From an uncultured Chloroflexia bacterium (GTDB lineage Bacteria; Chloroflexota; Limnocylindria; QHBO01): 64,000 nucleotides of DNA. Below are positions 19,605-29,051 of this stretch, one piece after another. The DNA lies in NCBI GenBank assembly GCA_963847375.1, contig CAWJZO010000001.1, positions 703,986 through 767,985 on the forward strand, written 5' to 3'. The stretch's first letter is position 1, and the number at the start of each line of letters is the position of its first letter. A program made the translations under genes and the position numbers. Under the pieces are notes generated by a model. That model ran no database searches. It saw nothing but the letters and a program-made list of their open reading frames with translations, and was not told the origin of the DNA.

Positions 19605-20272
19605 CCGATCGGGATTGCGGCTCCGGTCAAGGGCCGCGAGGCCGGCGAGCAGAGGTAGACGATCAGGTTGCCGAGCTCGCGAGGTTCGACCCACGCGTCG
19701 CGCTTGGCTTCCGGCATCGACGTCCGATTCCCCTCCGTGTCGATCGTGCCCGGCAGGACGCAGTTCACGCGCACGCCCGCGGACTTGAGCCCGGCGGCCA
19801 GCGACAGCGACCACGTCGCGACGGCCGCCTTGGCCGCGGCATACGGCCCGGCATTGCGACCGGGCTTGAGCGCGGTCTGCGCGCCGATCGTGACGATCGC
19901 CCCGGCCTCCGACTGCCGCAGCTCGGGCAGCGCGGCCAGGACCGATTCGACCGTCGGTCGCAGGCTCATCGCGATCTGCTTCTCGAAGTCGGCCCAGCTC
20001 AGCTCCTCGAGCTTCGCGCTGGAATAGCCGCCCGCGACGCAGACGAGCGCATCGAGGCCGCCGAGCGCGGCGACGGCGTCGGCGACCATGCGCTGCGCGG
20101 CCTCGGCGTCGGCGAGGTCGGCGCGGACCCAGCTCACGCCGGGCGTCTCGTCAGGCGGTTCCCGTCGGGAGACGGCGGCCACCTGCCAGCCCGCGTCGAG
20201 GAAGGCGGCGAGCACCCCGCCGCCGGCGCCGCCGGAGGCGCCGGTGATCAGGACGCGGCCGGCACCGGCCAT
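19601..20272 (-). CDS. short-chain dehydrogenase/reductase
   Basis: ITGASGGAGGGV Rossmann motif and YAAAKAA catalytic motif. Its stop shares a CTAG with the convergent gene. Confidence 0.8.
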   Translation of the reverse strand: MAGAGRVLITGASGGAGGGVLAAFLDAGWQVAAVSRREPPDETPGVSWVRADLADAEAAQRMVADAVAALGGLDALVCVAGGYSSAKLEELSWADFEKQIAMSLRPTVESVLAALPELRQSEAGAIVTIGAQTALKPGRNAGPYAAAKAAVATWSLSLAAGLKSAGVRVNCVLPGTIDTEGNRTSMPEAKRDAWVEPRELGNLIVYLCSPASRPLTGAAIPIG

Positions 20273-20283
20273 TGGGAGCTCGG

Positions 20284-21666
20284 TCAGCCGCCGGTCTCGG
20301 CCGGGCCGCGCGCCGGGCGCTTCGCGGCGGAGAGCGACTCGCCGAAAATCCGAATCGCCGTGTCGACGGACTCGGCGTCGACGATCAGCGGCGGGCTGAA
20401 GCGCAGCGAGGACTCGCCGCACTCGAGGGTCAACAGCCCGCGCTGGAAGGCGGCCTCCTGGACGGCCTCCGCCTCGCCGTGGCTGGTGAACTCGACGCCA
20501 AGCATGAGCCCGGCGCCGCGGATGTCGACGACCGCATCGGTCTTGGCGGCGACTTCCTCCAGGCCGGCGCGCAGTCGATCGCCCATGGCGCGGGCGGTGG
20601 CCAGGCCCTCCGACTCGATGACGTCGATCGTGGCAAGCGCCGCGGCCGCGCAGACCGGGTTACCGGCGAACGTCGAGCCGTGGGCGCCCGACGGCCAGGT
20701 CCACAGCGACTCCCGCCCGATGAAGGCGCCGATCGGCATGCCCGAGGCGATGCCCTTGGCGACGGTGACGACGTCCGGCTCGACGCCGGCGTCCTCGATC
20801 GCCCACCAGCGACCGGTGCGGCCCATGCCCGACTGGATCTCGTCGGCGACCAGGACGATGCCGTGCTCGTCGCACAGCTCCCGGAGGCCGCGGAGGAAGG
20901 TTGGCGGAGCGGGGAAGTAGCCGCCCTCGCCCTGGATCGGCTCGACGACGATCGCCGCCACGTCCTTCGGCGAGATCTGGCGGCCGAAGATCGTGTGCTT
21001 CAGGTACAGCAGCTCGGCGGAGCCATCGCCGCCGGACTGTTCGCGCCAGGCGCGGACGCGCGGGAAGGGGGCGTGGTGGACCATCGGCAGCAGGGGGCCG
21101 AAGCCGGCGCGCTGCTTGATCTTCGAGTTCGTGAGCGACAGCGACCCCATCGTGCGGCCGTGGAAGCCGCCCTCGAAGGCGATGATTCCGGGCCGATGCG
21201 TGTGGTACCTGGCCAGCTTGATCGCGCCCTCGACCGCCTCGGTGCCCGAGTTGGTGAGGAAGACGCGCGCCTTCTCCGTGAACGGAGCGATCGCCGCCAG
21301 GCGCTCCATGAGCTCGAGGTAGCGCGGCTCATAGAAGTCGGTCGCGGCGATGTGGATGAGCCGGTCCGCCTGCTCCTTGATCGCCGCGGTCACCCTCGGA
21401 TGCGCGTGGCCGGTCGAGCAGACGGCGATGCCGGCGGCGAAGTCCAGGAAGCGGTTGCCGTCGACATCGGTCACGACCACTCCAGAGCCTGATTCAGCGA
21501 CGAGCGGATACGCTCGGGTCAGCGAAGGGCTGGCGACGGCCTTGTCGCGGGCGATGATCGCGCGGGCCTTCGGCCCGGGCAGCTCGGTGATGATGTGCGG
21601 CGCGATTGGCTCCGGGGCAGCCGCAGCCGAGGACGTGGCTTCCATGGTGGTCATGAGGTGGTGCAC
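20284..21666 (-). CDS. gabT: class III PLP aminotransferase, 4-aminobutyrate aminotransferase-like
   Basis: LTNSGTEAVEGAIKLAR, VVEPIQGEGG, ADEIQSGMGRTG and TVAKGIASG. Start ambiguous (GTG 21666, ATG 21654 or ATG 21645). Confidence 0.8.
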   Translation of the reverse strand: MHHLMTTMEATSSAAAAPEPIAPHIITELPGPKARAIIARDKAVASPSLTRAYPLVAESGSGVVVTDVDGNRFLDFAAGIAVCSTGHAHPRVTAAIKEQADRLIHIAATDFYEPRYLELMERLAAIAPFTEKARVFLTNSGTEAVEGAIKLARYHTHRPGIIAFEGGFHGRTMGSLSLTNSKIKQRAGFGPLLPMVHHAPFPRVRAWREQSGGDGSAELLYLKHTIFGRQISPKDVAAIVVEPIQGEGGYFPAPPTFLRGLRELCDEHGIVLVADEIQSGMGRTGRWWAIEDAGVEPDVVTVAKGIASGMPIGAFIGRESLWTWPSGAHGSTFAGNPVCAAAALATIDVIESEGLATARAMGDRLRAGLEEVAAKTDAVVDIRGAGLMLGVEFTSHGEAEAVQEAAFQRGLLTLECGESSLRFSPPLIVDAESVDTAIRIFGESLSAAKRPARGPAETGG

Positions 21667-21752
21667 TCCGTGAACGGAGCGGCGCGTCCTGCCCGCGCAC
21701 CTTGGCTAGACCGAGGCATCCTAACAGGGGAACCGTGCCCGTCCAGTCCGGG

Positions 21753-21887
21753 GCCGTTGCCGATTTCACCCGGTGGAGCTAACGAACAAGTTCGCTTCTG
21801 AATCGGCCTCTAGTTCGCCGTTCCAGTCACCCGGTGCAACCAGCAGCCAATGATCCGCCCCTTCTTGGCCGTTACCTTCGCCCGGTG
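21753..21887. promoter_or_regulatory. three imperfect direct repeats GCCGTT-N5/8-C(A/G)CCCGGTG upstream of gabT
   Basis: Copies at 21753-21775, 21817-21836 and 21868-21887, in a lower-GC 268-nt gap. Confidence 0.3.
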
Positions 21888-21933
21888 AAACCGCGCTGCT
21901 CCGATGCCGTCGAACCCCAACGGTCCATCCCTC

Positions 21934-22947
21934 CTAGGTGCGTGAGCTGGATTTGATCGCTTCACCGATGAGGCCCGGTCCTCCGTAGATCATCCCGGTC
22001 CAGAGCTCAACGAGGTCGGCACCAGCTCCGATGGCAGCCCGAGCCGCTCCCCCGGAGTCGATGCCACCCGACGCCACGATTGTCAGCCGGTCCCCGGCGA
22101 TGCGCCGCGCCTCGCTCGTCGCGGCGCGGGTGCGCGGGCGGAGCGGCGCTCCCGAGAGCCCGCCATCCTCGCCCGCCTGGCGGGACCGCTGACCGATCCG
22201 CACCGTCGTGGTGTTGCTGAGGATCACGCCGTCCGCGGCTCCGGGAAGCGCCCGGAGGATGTCGGCACGCCGGTTGTGCGTGAGGTCCGGCGACAGCTTG
22301 ACGACCAGCGGCACCGACGGAGCCGCCTCGCGGACGAGAGCGATGAGCTCGAGCAGCCGCTGCGGGTCCTCGAGGTCGCGGAGGCCGGGCGTGTTCGGGC
22401 TGCTGACGTTGATTGCCAGGTAGTCCGCCACGGAACCGACCACGCGGGCGGCGGTCGGATAGTCGTCGATCCCGCCGTCGCGGTTGCGGCCGATGTTGAC
22501 GCCGATGACGAAGCCATCCGGCAGGCGAGGGCGCGCCGCGAAAATGCGCGCCGCGAGGGCATCGGCCCCGGCGTTGTTGAAGCCCATGCGGTTGACGAGC
22601 GCCGCGTCCTTCGGCAGCCGAAAGAGGCGCGGCCTCGGGTTGCCGGCCTGCGGCCGGGGGGTGACCGTCCCGAGCTCCACGAAGCCGAAGCCGAGCGCCG
22701 CCCAGCCCGCGATGGCGACCCCGTCCTTGTCGAATCCTGCTCCGAGCCCGACCCGGTTGCGGAAGCGCAGGCCCATCAGCTCGACGGGAGCGCTGGCGGG
22801 GTTGCCAGCCCCGGAGGCCATCGGTGCCAGCATGCGACCGGGAGAGGACCCGAGAAGGCTCAGCGTGAAGTGATGGATCCGTTCCGCATCGGTCAGGAAG
22901 AGGAGCGGGCGTGCGGCGCGATAGGCCGCGAGGCGCCAGCTCGGCAT
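21934..22947 (-). CDS. pyrD: dihydroorotate dehydrogenase (quinone), class 2
   Basis: GLGAGFDKDG, ELGTVTPRPQAGNPRPRLFRL, VNRMGFNN, INVSSPNTPGLR and ASGGI. Confidence 0.9.
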   Translation of the reverse strand: MPSWRLAAYRAARPLLFLTDAERIHHFTLSLLGSSPGRMLAPMASGAGNPASAPVELMGLRFRNRVGLGAGFDKDGVAIAGWAALGFGFVELGTVTPRPQAGNPRPRLFRLPKDAALVNRMGFNNAGADALAARIFAARPRLPDGFVIGVNIGRNRDGGIDDYPTAARVVGSVADYLAINVSSPNTPGLRDLEDPQRLLELIALVREAAPSVPLVVKLSPDLTHNRRADILRALPGAADGVILSNTTTVRIGQRSRQAGEDGGLSGAPLRPRTRAATSEARRIAGDRLTIVASGGIDSGGAARAAIGAGADLVELWTGMIYGGPGLIGEAIKSSSRT

Positions 22948-22954
22948 CGGTCAG

Positions 22955-23383
22955 TCAGTCGTCGTGAGCGCGAGGGAAGGCCATCTCCTCGGGATAGACC
23001 GGCGGCAGCGGCTCGGACTCCGGGTCACCGTTGCCGTTGGCGCCGGGTGCGGGCCGCGACGGGTCCGGGTTCATGAATTCGTGCCAGACCTCGGTGCCGG
23101 CGCCGGGCGGGACGTCGAGCTCCTTGATCGCGACGATCCCCTCGAAGCGGATCGAGCCGGGCCGGCCGTCATCGGTCTCGAACTCGTCCTCGTACTCGGG
23201 CGCCATCTCGACCGCCCGGCCCAGGGCCGCCTCCTCGTCGTCGCCGTCGACGAGCACGACCCGGTCCTCGACCATCGTCGCCGACTCGGGCTCGCCCGCC
23301 AGATACGCGTAGCGCAGCTGGACCGCGAACCAGCCGGAGGGCAGGACCTCGACGTCGTCCGGGATCGTCGGGCGGGTCGTCAT
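22955..23383 (-). CDS. hypothetical acidic protein (DUF4288-like, from memory)
   Basis: ORF of 142 aa. Family assignment is weak. Confidence 0.45.
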   Translation of the reverse strand: MTTRPTIPDDVEVLPSGWFAVQLRYAYLAGEPESATMVEDRVVLVDGDDEEAALGRAVEMAPEYEDEFETDDGRPGSIRFEGIVAIKELDVPPGAGTEVWHEFMNPDPSRPAPGANGNGDPESEPLPPVYPEEMAFPRAHDD

Positions 23384-23396
23384 CGATCGGCCCTCC

Positions 23397-24962
23397 TCAG
23401 CTTCCGACGACGGTCTGCGACTGCTCGCGCAGGAACTGCTGGACGTAGTACGGGCCGAGGCCGCCCTTGCCGGACGAGCCCGATCCCTTCCAGCCCCCGA
23501 AGCTCTGGATGCCCGGCCAGGCGCCGGTCGTGGCGCCCGCGCGGCGGTTCACGTACACGACGCCGGCCTGGATCGTGTCGAGGAAGCGCTGCACCTCGGC
23601 CTGGTCGCGGCTGAAGATGCCGGCTGTCAGCCCGTATTCAGTGTCATTGGCTTCTGACAGCGCTTCGTCAAGCGAGTCCACCTCGCCGACGACGAGGAAC
23701 GGCACGAACAGCTCGTCGCGGAAGAGCCGATGGTCCAGCGGCAGGCCGGTCACGACGGTCGGGGTCGGGAAGTAGCCGCGGCTGTCGTCGGTCTCGCCGC
23801 CGATCTCGACCGTGCCGCCATCGGCGCGCGCGTCGGACACCGCCTGCGTGAACTTCGCGAGCGACCGCTCGTTGATGACCGGGCCCATGAACGTGCCGCG
23901 TTCGGTCGGGTCGCCGACGCGGAGCTCTCGAGCCTTCTCGACGAGCCGATCGACGAACTCCCGAGCGACGGGCTTCTCGACGTAGACCCGCGAGTTGGCG
24001 CTGCACTTCTGGCCGTCGAAGCCGAATGCGGAGCGCATGACGCCCTCGGCGGCCTCGTCGAGGTCCGCGTTGCGGGTCACGATCGCGGGGTTCTTGCCGC
24101 CCATCTCGGTGATGATCGGTCGCGGGTAGTCCTTCGTGAAGGACCGATACAGCCGCATCCCGACCTCGTAGCTGCCGGTGAAGACGAGGCCGTCGATGCC
24201 CGGGTTCTCCTCCAGCTCGGCGCCGACCGTCTCGCCAGGCCCGGTGACGAGATTGAAGACCCCGTCCGGCAGGCCGGCGTCGCGCAGCGCCTCGCCGAAC
24301 TTCCAGCCCAGGAGCGGCGCATCCGAGCTTGGCTTGAGGACGACCGTGTTGCCGGCGATCATCGCGCCTCCGGCAGGCCCGCCGGCGAGCGCCATCGGGA
24401 AGTTGAAGGGGCTGATGACGCCGAAGACGCCGTACGGGCGCAGGACCGATCGTGTCTTCTCGGCCGAAGACAGCGAGCCGAGGGGCTTGACGAAGCCGTC
24501 GGCCTTCTCGAACTCGTCGCTGTAGTAGCGCAGGAGGTCGGCGGTCTCCTCGACGTCGCCGAGCGCCTCGAGCCGGTTCTTGCCGACCTCGAGGGCCATG
24601 AGCGCGGCGTAGTCGAACTGGCGCTCGCTGATCAGCTCGGCGGCGCGGCGCAGGATGGCGAGCCGCTCGCGCCACGGCGTGTCGCGCCAGGCGGGGTGGG
24701 CGGCGCGGGCCGCGTCGATGGCGTCACGAACGTCCTGGCGAGAGCCCCTCGGGAAGCGGGCGACCACGACGTCGCGATCGATCGGCGAGCGGTCCTCGAA
24801 CGTCTCGCTGCCGAGGCGCTCCTCGGCAGCGATGATCATCGGATAGGTCTTGCCGAGTTCGGCCCGGGCTCGCTCGAGGGCGGCGTCGAAGGCCGACTGC
24901 AGCTCCTCGTTGTCGGCGGAGAGCGTGGCATAGGTGATCTTCATGCGCGGCGTGGTGGCCAT
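23397..24962 (-). CDS. aldehyde dehydrogenase, L-glutamate gamma-semialdehyde (P5C) dehydrogenase-like
   Basis: ATG 24962 with AGGAGG upstream. Motifs VLKPSSDAP, EMGGKNP, GQKCSANSR and EALGDVEE. Confidence 0.75.
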   Translation of the reverse strand: MATTPRMKITYATLSADNEELQSAFDAALERARAELGKTYPMIIAAEERLGSETFEDRSPIDRDVVVARFPRGSRQDVRDAIDAARAAHPAWRDTPWRERLAILRRAAELISERQFDYAALMALEVGKNRLEALGDVEETADLLRYYSDEFEKADGFVKPLGSLSSAEKTRSVLRPYGVFGVISPFNFPMALAGGPAGGAMIAGNTVVLKPSSDAPLLGWKFGEALRDAGLPDGVFNLVTGPGETVGAELEENPGIDGLVFTGSYEVGMRLYRSFTKDYPRPIITEMGGKNPAIVTRNADLDEAAEGVMRSAFGFDGQKCSANSRVYVEKPVAREFVDRLVEKARELRVGDPTERGTFMGPVINERSLAKFTQAVSDARADGGTVEIGGETDDSRGYFPTPTVVTGLPLDHRLFRDELFVPFLVVGEVDSLDEALSEANDTEYGLTAGIFSRDQAEVQRFLDTIQAGVVYVNRRAGATTGAWPGIQSFGGWKGSGSSGKGGLGPYYVQQFLREQSQTVVGS

Positions 24963-25194
24963 CGGTGCGTCGTACGCCTCCTGCGCTGCGGAGTGGACTC
25001 GCGGGCCGTGCCGGCCCGGCAGCGGACGTCTCGAGCGGGCGCACATTATCGCACCCGCAGAAACGCCGAAGGCCAGGCTCCGGGGGGAGAAGAGCCTGGC
25101 CTTCGGACCCATCGATGATATCCGCGCCGAACAGCGTCCGCAAGGCTGTTTCTGCACGGATTCCGTCAGCGGCGGTGGAGCGTGTCACTGATTC

Positions 25195-25900
25195 TCAGCC
25201 CGCGGCCGCCATTGGCCCGCGGTGGAAGAGGCCGAGGTTCAGCCGCAGCGAGGCGCGGTGCGGCGCCATGAGGTACGCGCGACCGCGGTCGCCGTAGAGG
25301 CGCGGCAGGAGGTCGTGGGCGAGCTCAGTGTCGCTGAGGTCGACGCGGGCGTGGACGACCTTGATCTTGAACCCGTTGCGCAGCCACCAGCCGGTCCTGC
25401 GCTGCGTTGCCTCGACCGACGCGGCGACGACCTCGGGCTCGAGCAGCTGGGCAACGTCGTCGCGGCCGTAGTAGCCGATGGCGACGAGGCGCCCGCCGGG
25501 CCGCAGCACGCGCAGCGCCTCGTCGATGGCGGGCAGCGACGAGTCGTCGGGGCTGATGCCGGCCGTGAGGACGACGTCGACCGCCCCGTCGCGCAGCGGC
25601 AGCGAGGTCGGGCCGCCCTCCACGATCCTGATGTTCGGCTGGTGCGCCTCGGCGGCGCGCCGCCGAGCCTCGGCCGAGAAGGTCCGGATCGGTCTCGATG
25701 CCGTAGGTCCGTCCGGTGCGGCGCGCCAGCAGCATCGGGTAGTGCCCGATCCCGGTGCCGACGTCGGCGATCCGCTTGCCGCTGAGCGGGATGATCCGCT
25801 CGAGCGCGCCGAGGACCTTGCGCTCGGGGTCGATCGCCGCCTCCACGCGGGCATGAAGGAGGGGGTCGGCATCGGTCCACGGCGGCAGGATGGCGGGCAT
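25195..25900 (-). pseudogene. class I SAM-dependent methyltransferase with an apparent 1-nt insertion at about 25670-25680
   Basis: The N-terminal part (…RIADVGTGIGHYPMLLARRTGRTYGIETDPDLL) is in the frame of ORF 25325..25900. The C-terminal part (AEARRRAAEAHQPNIRIVEGG…LRPGGRLVAIGY…) is in the frame of ORF 25195..25872. Confidence 0.7.
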
Positions 25901-26538
25901 CAGGGCACCCGGACCCGGAGCTCGATCGGCTCGCCGTCAGGGTCGGTGAGGATGGCGTTGTCGCTCAGCACCTGGAGGTCGAAGGCGACCGGGCCGTCAG
26001 CGCGGCGCACGACGTCCACCGGGATCGTCAGTGTCGCGCCGGCAAACAAGGGCCCCCAGCCGAGCGAGATCGTCCCGGCCGGCTCACCTTCCTCCCCCGG
26101 CCCGAGCACCCACTTCGTCCACTCCTGGACGAGGGGCGGGCCGCCCTCCGCGATGCGCTGCTCCGATGGCTCGAAGGGCCGCAGGTGGAGCGTGCGGCTC
26201 AGTCTGCGCGGCCAGCGCAGGACGAGCTCCTCGACCATCTCGTCGGACTGGCTGGTGACGGTGATGACGATCCGGCCGCCATCGGCGCTGACCTGCGGAT
26301 CGACGCTCACCGCGACGACGCGATCATCGGTCTCGTCGGGAAGGTCCAGGCTGAGCGCCGGCTGCGGCGTGGCGGTCGCGGTCGGCTCGGCGGTGGCGCT
26401 GGGCGCCTCGGTGCGCGACGGCGACGGGCTCGGCTCGGCGGTCGGTGAGGCGAACGGCGATGGCGTGGGCGCGAGGATGCAGCCGCTGAGAAAGAGCAGC
26501 GCCGGGCCGATGATCAGCGCCGCGGGCCATCGCCTCAT
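25900..26538 (-). CDS. lipoprotein, unknown function
   Basis: MRRWPAALIIGPALLFLSGC lipobox followed by a Pro/Ser/Thr linker. ATGA overlap with the regulator stop. Confidence 0.65.
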   Translation of the reverse strand: MRRWPAALIIGPALLFLSGCILAPTPSPFASPTAEPSPSPSRTEAPSATAEPTATATPQPALSLDLPDETDDRVVAVSVDPQVSADGGRIVITVTSQSDEMVEELVLRWPRRLSRTLHLRPFEPSEQRIAEGGPPLVQEWTKWVLGPGEEGEPAGTISLGWGPLFAGATLTIPVDVVRRADGPVAFDLQVLSDNAILTDPDGEPIELRVRVP

Positions 26539-27230
26539 GCCTCGCTCGCCGAGAGCTCGGGGAGGCGATTGCGGATGGCGTACGCCGCCGCCTGCGACCG
26601 GCTCTCCAGCGCCAGCTTGGCGAGGATATTGGAGACGTAGTTCCGGACGGTCTTCTCCGCCAGCCCCATGCGCTCGGCGATCTGGCGGTTCGATGCCCCG
26701 TCGGCGATGTGCGCCAGCACGCGACGCTCCTGCTCGGTGAGGTCGGCGAAGGCGCCGGCCTCCTCCAGCCGGCCCGCGTTGCGGATGCGCTCGAGGACGG
26801 GCCGGGTGACCGCCGGGTCGAGCAGCGAGCCACCCGAGGCCACGGTGCGAACCGCGTCGACCAGCTCGCGTGAGCCGATGCGCTTCAGCACGTAGCCCGA
26901 GGCGCCGGCATCGATGGCGTCGAAGAGGGCGTCGGCATCGGCGTGGCTGGTGAGCATGATCACCGGCGTGCCCGGACGGGCGGCGGTGATGGCCCGGCAG
27001 GCGTCGACCCCCGAGCCGCCGGGCATGCGGATGTCCATGACGACCACGTCGGGCCGATGCACCTCGGCAAGCCGGACCGCCTCGTCGCCGGTTGCCGCCT
27101 GGGCCACGACCTCGAAGCCCTCCTGCGCGGCGAGCACGGCGGCAAGGCCGATGCGGACCACCTCGTGGTCGTCGGCGATGAGAATGCGGATGGTCGCCGC
27201 GGGGGCGACGGTCTGGTTCGAATCGGTCAT
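26535..27230 (-). CDS. response regulator, NarL/FixJ family (LuxR-type HTH)
   Basis: RILIADDHEVVR…DVVVMDIRMPGG receiver domain and LTEQERRVLAHIADGASNRQIAERMGLAEKTVRNYVSNILAKL HTH. Confidence 0.9.
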   Translation of the reverse strand: MTDSNQTVAPAATIRILIADDHEVVRIGLAAVLAAQEGFEVVAQAATGDEAVRLAEVHRPDVVVMDIRMPGGSGVDACRAITAARPGTPVIMLTSHADADALFDAIDAGASGYVLKRIGSRELVDAVRTVASGGSLLDPAVTRPVLERIRNAGRLEEAGAFADLTEQERRVLAHIADGASNRQIAERMGLAEKTVRNYVSNILAKLALESRSQAAAYAIRNRLPELSASEA

Positions 27231-27235
27231 GCGCT

Positions 27236-28768
27236 TCAGGTCGGCCGCCGCGTGGTGGCCACCGGCATCGTAAGCGAGAGGCGCGTGCCGCGTGCGGGTG
27301 CGCTCTCGATGTCGAGCGTCGCATCGAGCAGCTCGGCGCGCCGCCGGATGTTGTCGAGGCCCTGGGCGCGACCGCGCCGCCCGCGAGGCGGCGAGGCGAC
27401 CGTGTCGAAGCCCGCGCCGTCGTCTCGGATCTCGAGCGTGAACCGGCGCTGGGTGCAGGCCATGCGAACGCTCACGTGCTGCGCGTGCGCGTGGCGCAGG
27501 ATGTTGCTGAAGGCCTCGGTCACGAGGTGGTGCAGCTGTTCCGCCTGGTCGGGGCGCAGGCGCGGGCGGAAGAGGCCGTCGCTGGAGACGTCGAGCTTCA
27601 CGAGCGTGTGCGCCTGGAGCTCGTCCGCCACCGCGAGCACGATGGCCTCCGCGTCTCGCGCCTCGAGCTCGCCGGAGCGAAGCGCGAAGATCGTGCTGCG
27701 GATGTCGTTGGTGATCCGGTTCAGCTCGCCCATCACCGTCGCGATCCGCTCTCGCGCCGGCGCTCCGTCCCCATCGCCGTCGATCTCGGCCGATGCCTGC
27801 TCGAGGTGCAGCCCGGCGGCGTAGATCGATTGGATGATCCCGTCGTGCAGGTCGCGGCCGATGCGCTCGCGCTCGCGGAGCAGGAGCTCGCGGCGGCGGG
27901 CATCGGCGAGGGCGCGATCGGTCTCCTGCTCGAACAGCTCGAGGCTGACGATGACCGCGATGGCGATGGCCAGGCCGGTGATCGAGACGAAGACCTCGAT
28001 CGGGATGCCCAGTGTCGCGAGCACGACCTGGTCGTTGAGCACCGACGCCAGCGGGAACGGCGCCTCCATCGGAACCAGCCCGCCGACGACCGCGAAGACG
28101 ACGAAGGCGACCGATGCGGCCGACAGCGCGGTGGCCACGCCGCGACCGGCCATCGGCGCGAGGAGCCGCGTCGTGCGGCGCAGCGCCAGCGCCACGAGCA
28201 GCGACGCCGGCAGCGCGATCATGTAGCGCGCCACGACGTCGCCCACCGCCAGCGGCGCTCCCACTCCCTCCAGGGCGTCCCCGATCTGCGGCGAGGGCAG
28301 CCACGGCCCGACATCGGGGACGAACCCGGCGGCAACGGTTGTCGACAGTGCGGCGGTCGCGATCGCCCACAGGATCAGCGTCGCGCCGGGCAGGAGCCGC
28401 AGCAGTGGCTGGCCGCGGAAGGTCGGCAGCGAGTGGTCGCGATCCCGCGTGGCGATCATCAGCTCGACGCCGAACTGGAAGAGGAACGCGAAGCTGAGCG
28501 GCTTCATCAGCAGCTGGAGCACGAGCAGCGACTCGACGACGGGCTCGGGCAGCCAGCCGGCCTGGATCGGAACGAACAGGTAGCCCCAGATCATCAGCCC
28601 GTGGAGCAGGCCGAAGGCCGCGAGCCAGCCGAGCGGGCGGGCCAGTGGCAGCTGGGATCGCTGCCGGCTCTGAAGCGCCACGGCCAGGCCCATCACGAAG
28701 AAGACCTGCCCGTAGACCGACAGGACGATGATGCGGTTCGTCTCGAACAGCTCGGCGAGCCAATCCAC
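27236..28768 (-). CDS. sensor histidine kinase (HisKA_3 type) with multi-TM N-terminal sensor
   Basis: About 8 predicted TM helices. H-box RERERIGRDLHDGIIQSIY. ATPase motifs EAFSNILRHA and DDGAGF. Confidence 0.85.
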   Translation of the reverse strand: MDWLAELFETNRIIVLSVYGQVFFVMGLAVALQSRQRSQLPLARPLGWLAAFGLLHGLMIWGYLFVPIQAGWLPEPVVESLLVLQLLMKPLSFAFLFQFGVELMIATRDRDHSLPTFRGQPLLRLLPGATLILWAIATAALSTTVAAGFVPDVGPWLPSPQIGDALEGVGAPLAVGDVVARYMIALPASLLVALALRRTTRLLAPMAGRGVATALSAASVAFVVFAVVGGLVPMEAPFPLASVLNDQVVLATLGIPIEVFVSITGLAIAIAVIVSLELFEQETDRALADARRRELLLRERERIGRDLHDGIIQSIYAAGLHLEQASAEIDGDGDGAPARERIATVMGELNRITNDIRSTIFALRSGELEARDAEAIVLAVADELQAHTLVKLDVSSDGLFRPRLRPDQAEQLHHLVTEAFSNILRHAHAQHVSVRMACTQRRFTLEIRDDGAGFDTVASPPRGRRGRAQGLDNIRRRAELLDATLDIESAPARGTRLSLTMPVATTRRPT

Positions 28769-28858
28769 AGGTCAGATGGTAGGGGCGTGACCGACCCGCG
28801 GCGTGAACGTCCACGGCCCGCAATCCGCCCCAATGGGTCGAAGACGCGGTTTTGCCGC

Positions 28859-28999
28859 GGGGCGGGCGTATCGGCGAGGGAGTGGCCGGATTCCCATCGC
28901 GCGTGGGAATTGGCGAGGCTCGGGCCGCCGCTCTGTGGCCGATGCTGCCGTCCCGCGGGATTTCGGGCAGTGACTGGCCGCTACGCCCGTGAGGTGGGA
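28859..28999 (+). repeat. dispersed intergenic repeat, copy C
   Basis: GGGGCGGGCGTATCGGCG…GGATTCCCAtcgcgcgTGGGAAT…CGGGATTTCGGGCAGTGACTGGCCGCTACGCCCGTGAGGTGGG. The two ends are mutually complementary. Confidence 0.5.
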
Positions 29000-29039
29000 A
29001 ACGCTGCCAGCGCAGCGCGGCGCCGCGGGCCTGCTCCGC

Positions 29040-29045
29040 TAGCAT
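29040..29045 (+). promoter_or_regulatory. -10-like TAGCAT, 6 nt before the GTG (leaderless-type)
   Basis: TAGCAT-cggacc-GTG. Confidence 0.35.
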
Positions 29046-29051
29046 CGGACC

